Below the pieces are notes generated by a model, which had not been told where the DNA came from, searched no databases, and saw nothing but the letters and a program-made list of their open reading frames with translations. Below, piece by piece: positions 47,365-56,698 of a stretch of DNA of 64,000 bases; the stretch's first letter is position 1; each line of letters opens with the position of its first letter. The stretch covers positions 8,334 through 72,333 of the IMG/VR virus record IMGVR_UViG_3300010158_000060; one strand, written 5' to 3'. The stretch comes from a virus. A program made the position numbers and the translations under genes.

Positions 47365-48672
47365 TTATAATTCTAACTTGATAACTTTGCCTGGTAATCT
47401 ATCATTCATACTTGATCTTTCAGATAATACCCACAATATTTTGCCTTTTGGCTTTATTCTTGTACCACACTCACCATCAGTAAAGTATACTAAACTTGTA
47501 TACTTTCTAATGTTTGCATCATAATACTCTAGGACGGGATCAAATTCAGTCCCACCTCTACCAACAACATTCAAATCATTCTTGCCTTTATAGGGCTCAA
47601 TACTGTTGATTTTTGTATCACACTGGATAATTGTAATGTCAACACCTGTTTTATAAATGTGTTGAATCTCATTCATAAACTCTTTAAGCTCTGAATCACT
47701 TACTGAACCTGAAGTATCAATAGCTAATAAGATATGCTGACGCATTTTAATTTTCAGACCTGGAAATGCCGGAAACCTTCTGTTTTCCTTTCTCTGAAGT
47801 TTCTTGGTAAATACTTTTGTACTTGTACCAGTAAATCTTCTTACATAACCTCTCCAATCAAATTTTTGTTTTACAATTTGATCTATTTTAATAAGAGAAG
47901 ACATCTCACCAGGAACATAACCTCTTTTCTTTTCAGTTTGTTCTTTAGCCTCAGTAAGAATTCTCTGAATCTGACGGTCCATAAGTTTCTGTTCTGTCTC
48001 ACCTATGCCTTCAAATTCATCCCATGTAGCATGATCATCACAAGAATCATTTCCTTGTTCTAAATCATCAAGCAATTGATCCATAGCATCAGAACCAGAA
48101 GTACCATTCTTTTCTTTTTCTTCTTGAGCTTCCTTCAGCTTCTTATAATAATACTTAGTACCTGCTTTTGTATCCAGATTTAATTCATGATAATCATCAA
48201 TCATTATACCTCTCATAGGTATCTTAGCTTCAATTTCTTTTAATTCTTCTGGTGTAGCATTATTATCTATTGCTAGTTTATGCTCAGCCATGACAGCATC
48301 TTTAAGTGCTTTATATTCATCTGCTGTGTAATCACCACCAGGTAACCATGTATTATCTATATACTGGTTAATCTCCATGTCCATTGCAATATTGGCCATC
48401 TTTCTATCAGCAAAAGCATGATAAGCTGTTAAGTGTCCAAATGCAATGTGTAATAGTTCGTGTTTTAACAAACCTAATCTATGTAAATCAGTCAAACCAC
48501 ACCAGAAAGCCTCATTGATTGCTAACTGGTAGTTTATTCCATTCTTACTAACTCCTGCTGTAGGAATGTCATTTCTCCAATGCTTGTTAAGCTGGATTAG
48601 AAAATAGCCATAATATGGCTCTTTAAGCATAAGGTCCTTACTGGCCTTGCTTAGTAAATCTACTTTATTCAT
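47365..48672 (-). CDS. VWA-domain metallopeptidase (DUF2201-like)
   Basis: LKHELLH..NIAMDMEIN; MIDAS AIDTSGSV; GRGGTEF; YFTDG. Confidence 0.88.
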   Translation of the reverse strand: MNKVDLLSKASKDLMLKEPYYGYFLIQLNKHWRNDIPTAGVSKNGINYQLAINEAFWCGLTDLHRLGLLKHELLHIAFGHLTAYHAFADRKMANIAMDMEINQYIDNTWLPGGDYTADEYKALKDAVMAEHKLAIDNNATPEELKEIEAKIPMRGIMIDDYHELNLDTKAGTKYYYKKLKEAQEEKEKNGTSGSDAMDQLLDDLEQGNDSCDDHATWDEFEGIGETEQKLMDRQIQRILTEAKEQTEKKRGYVPGEMSSLIKIDQIVKQKFDWRGYVRRFTGTSTKVFTKKLQRKENRRFPAFPGLKIKMRQHILLAIDTSGSVSDSELKEFMNEIQHIYKTGVDITIIQCDTKINSIEPYKGKNDLNVVGRGGTEFDPVLEYYDANIRKYTSLVYFTDGECGTRIKPKGKILWVLSERSSMNDRLPGKVIKLEL

Positions 48673-49094
48673 ACTTTCTTTTTTATTTCTAAGTCACCTT
48701 TAACATCATAACCAAACTTAATCAGAGTGTTTTTCATTTCAGAAATGTATAATTCTAAATACAACTCTATATACATTTCATTATCAGTACCACCAAAAGG
48801 AAGAACACTATTTAAAAGTGTTAAGCTCACACTTCTGTTGTCTAAAGAAGTATGTAGAAAACTACCAAATCTTTTTGTAAGCTCAGTATAGAAATTATTA
48901 TGCATCCAGAATTTTTCACTCTTACCAGCAAATGAAATAATAATAAAAGCCCATTCAATATTATCTTCCATATCTAGACTTTCTAATACTGTTTTAGCCA
49001 TTTCATGATTACTTTCATCACTAGATTTAATCATTGCAATCAGATTCTTACACTCTTCTTTGTTTAACTTGAAATCAGAATTTGTATTTTCCAT
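48669..49094 (-). CDS. Hypothetical protein
   Basis: ORF track; MIKSSDESNHEMA motif. Confidence 0.65.
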   Translation of the reverse strand: MENTNSDFKLNKEECKNLIAMIKSSDESNHEMAKTVLESLDMEDNIEWAFIIISFAGKSEKFWMHNNFYTELTKRFGSFLHTSLDNRSVSLTLLNSVLPFGGTDNEMYIELYLELYISEMKNTLIKFGYDVKGDLEIKKKV

Positions 49095-49303
49095 CAGTCT
49101 TCTATTTTAGTATTATACAATTCACTATGATATTCATTCCACATTTCCCTTGGTATTCTATAATATTCATTATCATCAGGAATTGAAACCTCACCTGAGT
49201 CATAATAATTAAATGCAGGGTGATAATCAGGATTTTTTTCAAACCAGATAGCAGATGCCTCTCTAATTTTAGAATACCATTCTTCTTTTCTTTCCTGTGT
49301 CAT
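49094..49303 (-). CDS. Hypothetical protein (69 aa)
   Basis: ORF track; lies between the direct repeats. Confidence 0.65.
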   Translation of the reverse strand: MTQERKEEWYSKIREASAIWFEKNPDYHPAFNYYDSGEVSIPDDNEYYRIPREMWNEYHSELYNTKIED

Positions 49304-49305
49304 AA

Positions 49306-49344
49306 CTACTTTGTTTTGTAAAACCGACCAAGAATTTTTCCATC
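49306..49344 (-). pseudogene. Orphan 3'-end fragment of a GIY-YIG gene homologue (DGKILGRFYKTK*)
   Basis: Translates like the C-terminus of ORF 50736 (NGNILGRFFRSK*). Confidence 0.6.
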
Positions 49345-49726
49345 AGTCTTCTTTTTTAATAACACCATCTATGTTTATTACTTTTGGTCCAAGTTTTTCT
49401 ACATCATAACCTTTTACCTTTATTAAAAATTCTTTGTATTCATCAGTAGTTATTGAATGTAAACCTTTATATATTTCTTTAGAATCAAATATTTGTTTAA
49501 CAGCACCAAACATATTTACTGTATTCATATACATTTCACCCATAAATGAATCATCTCTATTAAAAATAGATGGGTCTAATGCCAATGTTGTAACTTTTTG
49601 ATCATTATCATCTCTTGTAAGAGTAAATTCTAATGATAAACTTGACTCATCAGGATTTGTTTTATTTGTGAAAACCACTTTGATTTTCTCATTTTCCAGT
49701 CTAATAATTTTTTGTTCTTCTTCCAT
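49343..49726 (-). CDS. Hypothetical protein (127 aa)
   Basis: ORF track. Confidence 0.65.
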   Translation of the reverse strand: MEEEQKIIRLENEKIKVVFTNKTNPDESSLSLEFTLTRDDNDQKVTTLALDPSIFNRDDSFMGEMYMNTVNMFGAVKQIFDSKEIYKGLHSITTDEYKEFLIKVKGYDVEKLGPKVINIDGVIKKED

Positions 49727-49739
49727 GATTATTTAATTT

Positions 49740-49832
49740 TTACATTTTACCAAATAGAGAATTTTCTCTACATTTTTTAACATGCTTTTCAATAAAAGCT
49801 AAATACATATAAATGCATTTAAGTGTTTTCAT
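49740..49832 (-). CDS. Small ORF (30 aa; not in ORF track)
   Basis: MKTLKCIYMYLAFIEKHVKKCRENSLFGKM*, translated by hand. Confidence 0.4.
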   Translation of the reverse strand: MKTLKCIYMYLAFIEKHVKKCRENSLFGKM

Positions 49833-49844
49833 AACTATTTTACT

Positions 49845-50693
49845 TTATAGAATCTCCAAGTATTTATTATACTTTCTTGTTATATACATATCTGCTATAG
49901 GATTGTTATATACAGCTTTTAATAAAGGTAAATACATTTTACCAATAAAATTTATTGAATATACATTAACAGAATACTTAATCTTGTAAGGTTTAACTTT
50001 AACAGTTTTACCTAAAATAAACTCACAAAATTTTTTAAATGCCTTAATAGTATCTTCTGTACCAACTAAAGATATTCCGTAAGTTGTGTACTTTTTTTGA
50101 TACTTAAAAATACATCCATCTCCATCAAGCATACCTCTCCAAAAGTGAGAATTATATAAATAACAATCAGGAACTTTATAGTCAGTTGTTTTGTTTTTTA
50201 TAATACCTCTTTCTTCAAAAAACTTTCTAAATGTTGAATCAGAAATAGTTAATCTTACAGATTGTTTCATTGTATACAAAGGACCTGTATAATTAAAATA
50301 ATTACTTACTTTTTCAAGTATTTCTTTATCTGTACTTTGTAAACCAAGTGAAAGACCTGATTTTTCATTTGAACCATCTGCTGCATAAAGACCTGCTATA
50401 TAAGCAGTTATTTCATTATCTACTAGTTTATCTACATTAACTGTATACTTCTTGTTTTTTACACCAATACATTTTACAGCTTCTTTTTGTAAACAACCAC
50501 ATGATTGTACTTTAGATTTATTCAAAGAGGAAAAATCTGTATTAGTAATATTACCACAATCACATTGACACTTAATATAATAAGCTCCCCATTTGTTTTT
50601 ATGTGATAATTTTATTACTTGAAGTCTACCAATCTTAGGTAAAGCTATTAACATATCCTTGTATGTTCTATAAGTTCCTGTTTGTGCTCTCAT
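49845..50693 (-). mobile_element. Free-standing double-motif LAGLIDADG homing endonuclease gene with an N-terminal CxCxC..SCGC module
   Basis: AYIAGLYAADGS and HFWRGMLDGDGCI motifs; GRLQV..CQCDCGN..SCGCL; own promoter; start probably MRAQTG at 50693. Confidence 0.85.
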
Positions 50694-50697
50694 AGAA

Positions 50698-50705
50698 CAA
50701 ATATA
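50698..50705 (-). promoter_or_regulatory. Bacteroidetes-type -7 promoter element TATATTTG for the homing endonuclease
   Basis: TAnnTTTG only 4 nt upstream of the ATG, which implies a nearly leaderless mRNA. Confidence 0.5.
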
Positions 50706-50735
50706 CAAATAATATACTACATTCCTAACATATTT

Positions 50736-51176
50736 TCATTTAGAACGGAAGAATCTACCTAAGATGTTTCCATTAAGAAACTGTTCTTTTTCAAGTACTT
50801 CCATACAAAATTGATGTTTAGTTTCTTGATAAGTAAGCTCCATACTTGAATAACATATTTTAAGTATTTCTCTTTTTATTGTCACACCTTGCTTATGTGC
50901 TTGCTTTAGTACTGCATTTGAACTGTAGTAATTAAGAAAATCCGGTCTAATAACCAGTTTATATTTCTTTAACCTTTTATCAGTAGTCACAGCTAAAGCT
51001 TTTTTACCAAGTGGTCTTTTTATATTAGCAAAGAAATTTTTCTTGCCTATGTAAGAAACAGACTTACCATCTATTATAGCTGTCATAAGATAAATAAATC
51101 CTATTCCTCCTTCTGGGATATCTAGTTCACTAAATACTTTACCTTTATAAGTCCAAAAATCTATTGGTTGATTCAT
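50736..51176 (-). CDS. GIY-YIG nuclease (T4 endonuclease II-like)
   Basis: GFIYLMT..SYIGKK..YYSS..REIL..LTYQE..NGNILG. Confidence 0.75.
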   Translation of the reverse strand: MNQPIDFWTYKGKVFSELDIPEGGIGFIYLMTAIIDGKSVSYIGKKNFFANIKRPLGKKALAVTTDKRLKKYKLVIRPDFLNYYSSNAVLKQAHKQGVTIKREILKICYSSMELTYQETKHQFCMEVLEKEQFLNGNILGRFFRSK

Positions 51177-52147
51177 AATAATGTTTTAATTAATTGAAAT
51201 ACTATGTTTCTTGTTTCTTCAAGACCTCTTACTTCTACTGTGTCAGATATATCTTTTTCAAATGGAAGAACTATATAATCAAAACCATATCTTTTCTTGT
51301 AAGTTTTAGCTGCTTCAATACCGGGCTCATCATTATCAAAAATCACTATTATTTTAGCATACTTATGTGTATACTTTTTTATAAGATTTTCTGCAATAAC
51401 AGTATTTTCACTGTCCGGAGCAATAGATTCAGTATTTCCAATTCCAAGAGTTTTGAAAGACATGATATCTTTCAAAGATTTAGTTATTATTAGATACTTA
51501 GACTCAAAATTAACTTGTTCAGAACCTTGAATATAATCAGAGACTTTAATAAACTTACTTTTTTTATTTTTAGGTTGATAGATCTTATACAAAGTACCAT
51601 CTTTTCTAAAATAACCATAAGTATAATTATTCTCAAATCTTAATTCTTTTAGCTCACCATCATTATCTGTTTTACTAAGTATAAAATACTTCAGTGGTTG
51701 AACATTATGCTCATTTAATAGTTTAGAACCTATTTTATAGCTCATCCAGAAATCCTGATCAAGATTATTCCAGTGTCTTATTTCATAATCAGAAACTTCA
51801 TATCTGCTTTCGGCCACATACTCTCTGGGAGTAATATCATGCCTAGAAATGTATTCTGAATAGTCATCCATTATCTTTCTTACAGCAATACCTCTAGATT
51901 CTAGATTATAATAGTGTAACACAAAATCAATTGTATCACCAGATTTACCAGTAGAGAAATCCTTAAACCTATACTTACCCATTTTATCTGAATATATACA
52001 AAAGGAAGGTGTCTTCTCTGCAGAAAATACTGATTTAATTTTAACATCTTGTCCAATAAGTTTTTCTGGAAGATTAAGATAAAATTCAAATACCCATTCT
52101 GTAGGAACCTGATTCAAATCATATATAATTGCTTTAGTAGAAATCAT
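51173..52147 (-). CDS. DNA primase (crAss-type DnaG/TOPRIM)
   Basis: EKTPSF..FKDFSTGKSGD; ITKSLKD; IFDNDEPG; KDISD. Confidence 0.85.
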   Translation of the reverse strand: MISTKAIIYDLNQVPTEWVFEFYLNLPEKLIGQDVKIKSVFSAEKTPSFCIYSDKMGKYRFKDFSTGKSGDTIDFVLHYYNLESRGIAVRKIMDDYSEYISRHDITPREYVAESRYEVSDYEIRHWNNLDQDFWMSYKIGSKLLNEHNVQPLKYFILSKTDNDGELKELRFENNYTYGYFRKDGTLYKIYQPKNKKSKFIKVSDYIQGSEQVNFESKYLIITKSLKDIMSFKTLGIGNTESIAPDSENTVIAENLIKKYTHKYAKIIVIFDNDEPGIEAAKTYKKRYGFDYIVLPFEKDISDTVEVRGLEETRNIVFQLIKTLL

Positions 52148-52165
52148 AACAATTTATTTTAGAAT

Positions 52166-52192
52166 AAAAAAGGGAGCACTGAGACTCCCTTT
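52166..52192 (-). terminator. Intrinsic terminator
   Basis: AGGGAG-N8-CTCCCT with a T-run on the - strand. Confidence 0.65.
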
Positions 52193-52210
52193 CTCAAAAG
52201 TTAATTACTT

Positions 52211-52891
52211 TTAATCTAAGCTGAAGTCAGCAGCATTCTTACTTGGTATAGCTAAATCAGCATCTTCACCAAATTCTTTTTTCTCAGTTACTTCAAGCTT
52301 TTTAAGGTGTTTAGTCTCATTATACTCAACAACTTTACCACTTTCAGAAGTACCGTAAGAGTATTTGTTACCTTCACCTTTTGGTAAATACAAATCATAG
52401 TTAGTATAACCAGTTTTACCCATATATTCTTTACCAGCTACACACCAGTTAAGATATGTATCTTTAATTGGAGCATTTGCACTAAAGTTTTTAACAAACT
52501 CTTCAATAGTATCATATTTATTATCTTGAGCAATAAACCACTCATCAACACCATATGTGTGTGCTAAGTTCTTTAAGAAAATCATAATTGATCTATCTCT
52601 TTGAATCTTAATACCAGATTTTGTTTCACCATCAGCAAATGCATATTGACTAGCTTTTAATCTACCAATTTGACCTGCATAATGACCTTTACTTTCATCA
52701 TCTTTGTCAATCAAAAACCCTTCAAAATCATCAATAGCTGGAGTTTCTACATTCAATATTAAGTGATATGCACCTTCAATAAATGAAAAATCTTCTAAGT
52801 GAATAGAGTTAATTTTTAAAATTTGATTACCTGGTGTAATTGTTTTTGGCACCCCTGTGCCTTTTCCTAAATCAGTTGTACTTAAAGCCAT
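52211..52891 (-). CDS. Probable single-stranded DNA-binding protein
   Basis: Position between AAA_24 and primase genes; beta-rich; acidic C-terminus ending DFSLD. Confidence 0.45.
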   Translation of the reverse strand: MALSTTDLGKGTGVPKTITPGNQILKINSIHLEDFSFIEGAYHLILNVETPAIDDFEGFLIDKDDESKGHYAGQIGRLKASQYAFADGETKSGIKIQRDRSIMIFLKNLAHTYGVDEWFIAQDNKYDTIEEFVKNFSANAPIKDTYLNWCVAGKEYMGKTGYTNYDLYLPKGEGNKYSYGTSESGKVVEYNETKHLKKLEVTEKKEFGEDADLAIPSKNAADFSLD

Positions 52892-52926
52892 CTTTTTTTT
52901 CTTTTTTAATTATTAAACTTACTTTT

Positions 52927-53649
52927 TTATTTTACATATACTTCATCCCAAGAAACTTTTAATGTTCCATCAGTAGAATCAGCAATTACTATTTCTTTGT
53001 TTCTCAAGTGATCCGGTCTAGCACCACAAGTTACTTCATCATTTGTCTTAAAACTCAACATAGTTTTAGGACCCTTACGGTACATGTAGCCGATCGCGTC
53101 AGCATTAGCACAAACTAAAGATTTTATTTTACCTGTCAAATCTATATTAGCAGACATAACCATCTCACCTTTATCATCAACTTGCTTGTCTTTGATGTGA
53201 CCAGATAAGATTACATAGTCAGCTAATGTATCTACAAAATCCAATACTTGGAAAAAAGCTTGGCGAATATACAAATAACCTGCACCATTTGGTAAAGTTG
53301 TTATATTATCTCCATCATAATTCTTTCCCATCGGTGTTTGACGGTAAATTTTTATTGCAAGTGGATGAATCATTTCTTCCAATGCAGTTACAGTATCTAT
53401 AGTGATATAGGTATAAGGCTTATTAGCTTCTCTAATAGCTTTACCTGTATCCAATAACTCTTGTAAACTAGTAATAGGAATTTTTAATGCTTCAATAAAA
53501 TCTGCACCATGTTCTAAATCTAAGATTAAATTATTCTCAAGACCAGCATAACAAGTAGTTTTACCTGTTTTTGGTTTTGAATAAATAACCAATCTTTTAG
53601 GATTAGCTCTCTGAGCCTTTACCTTTGTAGTTGGAAGTACTATACTCAT
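52927..53649 (-). CDS. AAA_24 / Sak4-like ATPase
   Basis: YSKPKTGKTT, LDLEHG, ITIDT, GAGY, ADAIGY. Confidence 0.8.
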   Translation of the reverse strand: MSIVLPTTKVKAQRANPKRLVIYSKPKTGKTTCYAGLENNLILDLEHGADFIEALKIPITSLQELLDTGKAIREANKPYTYITIDTVTALEEMIHPLAIKIYRQTPMGKNYDGDNITTLPNGAGYLYIRQAFFQVLDFVDTLADYVILSGHIKDKQVDDKGEMVMSANIDLTGKIKSLVCANADAIGYMYRKGPKTMLSFKTNDEVTCGARPDHLRNKEIVIADSTDGTLKVSWDEVYVK

Positions 53650-54341
53650 TACTTACTAATTAAATCATTTAACCATTGCTTGTTACTTACAGGTTTTTTC
53701 CACATGATTGCTGCAAAATCTTGTATTGTCATTTCAGCAATATTTACATCTGGAATGCTAGGAATAGATTTAATCTCTGACACAGAATTATTAGTTTTTG
53801 GTTTCAATTCTTCTGTAAAATCAGGAAAATCATTGTTATCAACTAAAGACTTTTGAAGTCTTGGTAGGTCTATATCAAAATCACCAGCTTTCTTTTTCTC
53901 TTCAAGTTCAGTAAGTCTTTTCTCAAACAAACCAAAACTTAATGTGGATCCATCAGAATTAACAGCTACCAATTCTTGTAAAGGAACTGTGAATAAAGAA
54001 TAGTCAGCACCTGTAGAAGATGTACCACTTTTCTTATCATACTCTTCTGAGTAGAAAGGATTATACCTATATCTAAACAATTGTCTGTTTTCATAGAATG
54101 GTTTAACATCTAAAATTGCTCCAGATGGATCAGTTACATTGTCATAAAATTCAATGTACAAATCTTCACCTTTATTTAATTCAGACTCAAAAAATTGAAC
54201 TTGTCTACCATATTTACCTTTTTGAAAAAAGGCTGTTTTAATCAAGAATGCAGGATCAGACTCTCCTATCTTCTTAAAAGTTTCTATGTGATTCACATAG
54301 AATTCTTTCTCTCTTGTTTTTCTTACTGTTGTTACGCTCAT
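53649..54341 (-). CDS. Hypothetical replication-module protein
   Basis: ORF track; C-terminal MTIQDFAAI..PVSNKQWLNDLI. Confidence 0.65.
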   Translation of the reverse strand: MSVTTVRKTREKEFYVNHIETFKKIGESDPAFLIKTAFFQKGKYGRQVQFFESELNKGEDLYIEFYDNVTDPSGAILDVKPFYENRQLFRYRYNPFYSEEYDKKSGTSSTGADYSLFTVPLQELVAVNSDGSTLSFGLFEKRLTELEEKKKAGDFDIDLPRLQKSLVDNNDFPDFTEELKPKTNNSVSEIKSIPSIPDVNIAEMTIQDFAAIMWKKPVSNKQWLNDLISK

Positions 54342-55345
54342 ATTGTTGTAATTTTTGGTTTAATTGCTGTTGGTGGTGTTGGTACTTCTACAATCCTCAT
54401 TGTAGTCCGATCAAGTTTAAAGAAGCTTATTCTAGTAGTACCATTCCTTGATTTAAGGAAATGAAACACTAAGATATCTTCATCCTGAATAATAAATTTC
54501 TCAGGACCATACAACCTAATTTTTCTTACAGAAGGCTTATTAATACCCATAACTACATCAGCATGTTGTAGCAAAGCATCAGACCCGTAAATATCAGAAT
54601 CTAACACATAATTTCCATAAACACCTTCTTCCTGTCTTTTAGGATCATCTATGTTTCTGTTAAGTTGACTTAGTACAATAAATGCTATAGGATATTTCTT
54701 TTTCATCATTGTGAGAGCCTCACCTAAGCTTCCAAGCATTTCAAATTTGTCTTTCTGTCCCTTACCAACTTTAAATAAAGCTGAGTGATCTATAGCAACT
54801 AGCATGTTATTAAAAGTACCATCTTCATTTTTGTACTTATCCATTTCATAGTGTATAGTGGCACACATCTCATCTACTGTACATGCATCATAGACAACAT
54901 TAATCCTGTCCATTGCTTGCATGTTTTGGTAATACTTAACACATTCATCATAGATTCTCTTATCTACAAGTTTCCCATCTTTACTCATTAATGTGTTGTA
55001 ATCAGCACTTGTAATCAGACTTAGTTTTCTTACACCGCTAGTTTCATCTACCATCTCCATCTGAAACTTTAAAACTCTAAAATATTGGTCACTGTTGTTA
55101 GCAATAATATCACTAATCAACTGCTCCATAAATAAAGTTTTACCAGTTCCAGGTCTGGCACCAACTACGGTTATTGTTCTCCATTCAAGACCATCACAGA
55201 ATGCATCATTAAATTTAGGCCAGGCACTCTTTAGGGATTTTAATGTACCTTGTCTCCTAGCTCTAATTTTATAGAGTGCTTTTTCTACGGACTGCCTTTC
55301 ACTAACAGGTAGCAAAGGTCTTGCACCATTAAATAAATTTGACAT
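54338..55345 (-). CDS. dnaB: DnaB-like (SF4) replicative helicase, lacking the N-terminal domain
   Basis: GARPGTGKT, IDH, LSQLNR, HADVV, KSRNG. Confidence 0.88.
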   Translation of the reverse strand: MSNLFNGARPLLPVSERQSVEKALYKIRARRQGTLKSLKSAWPKFNDAFCDGLEWRTITVVGARPGTGKTLFMEQLISDIIANNSDQYFRVLKFQMEMVDETSGVRKLSLITSADYNTLMSKDGKLVDKRIYDECVKYYQNMQAMDRINVVYDACTVDEMCATIHYEMDKYKNEDGTFNNMLVAIDHSALFKVGKGQKDKFEMLGSLGEALTMMKKKYPIAFIVLSQLNRNIDDPKRQEEGVYGNYVLDSDIYGSDALLQHADVVMGINKPSVRKIRLYGPEKFIIQDEDILVFHFLKSRNGTTRISFFKLDRTTMRIVEVPTPPTAIKPKITTI

Positions 55346-55365
55346 ATGTGGATTTTAAAAATTGA

Positions 55366-55959
55366 TCACACTATGTTGTCCCTAAAATAAGTAGGAACTT
55401 CATCTGCACCAGATACTACTAGTTCACAATATGTAGCCAGATCTGACTCAAAGGATTTATCCAAGTTTTGTTTGCGGATAAAATATTGTGAATTTCTCAT
55501 GTATTCAAATCTTTTAAGCTCATATTCAGACACATATTTTTCAGTTGCATTTAAAATTGTTTCCCAGCTATAATCATAAGTTTCAAAAAACCACTTGAAT
55601 GCTCCTTCTAGATTTTTAACATTTACTCTAGCAGGTTTGCCAGAGTTAAGTTTTCTATTAGGAAATATTTCTAAGTAGTTTAACATCATTGTTATGTAAT
55701 CTTCTCCCATAAGTGCGCTAACAGTTTTCTTTTTAGTTTTTTTAAAGAAACTATTAATTTCTTCTGTAAATATAAGACTTTTTGCAGTTAATACCAAATC
55801 ATCATTAACCCAATCACCAGCTTTTAGTCTACTGATTTCCAAGTCTTTATTCACAAATTTGTTTGGTATAACTTTTTCTTTTAGACAATGCAACATGTAA
55901 TATGTATTAGGCATTAAGTCTTCTTTAATCAGTCTATTAAATATCTCCACCATCACCAA
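55366..55959 (-). CDS. Putative replication initiator-like protein
   Basis: Directly upstream of the helicase; wHTH-like N-terminus and YLEIFP..ILNATEKY..YMRNSQYFI C-terminus. Confidence 0.4.
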   Translation of the reverse strand: MVMVEIFNRLIKEDLMPNTYYMLHCLKEKVIPNKFVNKDLEISRLKAGDWVNDDLVLTAKSLIFTEEINSFFKKTKKKTVSALMGEDYITMMLNYLEIFPNRKLNSGKPARVNVKNLEGAFKWFFETYDYSWETILNATEKYVSEYELKRFEYMRNSQYFIRKQNLDKSFESDLATYCELVVSGADEVPTYFRDNIV

Positions 55960-56666
55960 AGAATTAAGTATTTATAATTTTCAAGCACTACTTTTTGTGT
56001 TGTAAAAAATACATCTTTTGAATCCCATTTATTAGATTTATTATAAACAGCAGATGCAGGATGAGGACAGAATAATTTATAACAATTGTCATTAACACTA
56101 TCTGCCCAAGTACTTGCTTGTTTTCCCATGTAAATATACACCAATCCATTATTATAATTTGATAGATAATCAAAAAGATAATTTAACAATGGCTTCCATA
56201 TATCATAATGCTTACCAATTTTACCTATTTCAGTTGTAAGAGCTGTATTAAGCATAAGTATACCTTGATTAGACCATCTGGTTAAATCGGGATTATTGCT
56301 AACACAATCTCCTTTATAAACAGTTCTGTTTACCTCATCTAACATAAACTTTAAACTTGGTTGCAACTTCATTGTTTTACTACAACTAAAAGCAATACCA
56401 TCAGCAACATTAATTGTTGGATATGGATCCTGACCTACTATTACAACTTTAAGATCATCATAAGGACTTTCTTTAAATGCTCTGAATACATCTCTTAAAG
56501 GAGGTGTAAATCTTCTATCTAATAAACTTTCATTAGCAAGTGACTGGATTATATTTTTAAAATCAGAACTATATATAAAAGTTCTTAATACTCTGGCCCA
56601 TCCAGAAGGAATTAAATCTTCATATAATTTGTCTACAATTTTATCTAATTCTAGTTTTTCTTTCAT
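55953..56666 (-). CDS. ung: Uracil-DNA glycosylase, family 1
   Basis: VIVGQDPYP, GIAFS, PSL, QGILMLNTALT, HPAS. Confidence 0.9.
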   Translation of the reverse strand: MKEKLELDKIVDKLYEDLIPSGWARVLRTFIYSSDFKNIIQSLANESLLDRRFTPPLRDVFRAFKESPYDDLKVVIVGQDPYPTINVADGIAFSCSKTMKLQPSLKFMLDEVNRTVYKGDCVSNNPDLTRWSNQGILMLNTALTTEIGKIGKHYDIWKPLLNYLFDYLSNYNNGLVYIYMGKQASTWADSVNDNCYKLFCPHPASAVYNKSNKWDSKDVFFTTQKVVLENYKYLILW

Positions 56667-56670
56667 AATT

Positions 56671-56682
56671 TTACAATTGTAA
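56671..56682. promoter_or_regulatory. Perfect 12-bp palindrome TTACAATTGTAA between divergent starts
   Basis: Lies in the 32-bp gap between ung (-) and ORF 56699 (+). Confidence 0.35.
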
Positions 56683-56698
56683 TTTAAACTAAGCTAAC

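Larger units (their letters stand above)
49087..49352 (-). repeat. 17-bp perfect direct repeat AGAAGACTGATGGAAAA flanking the 69-aa gene
   Basis: Copies at 49087-49103 and 49336-49352. Confidence 0.85.

Noticed and set aside
51950-52147. Primase lacking CHC2 zinc ligands
   Set aside because: From recall this is usual for crAss-type primases, so it is not treated as novel.
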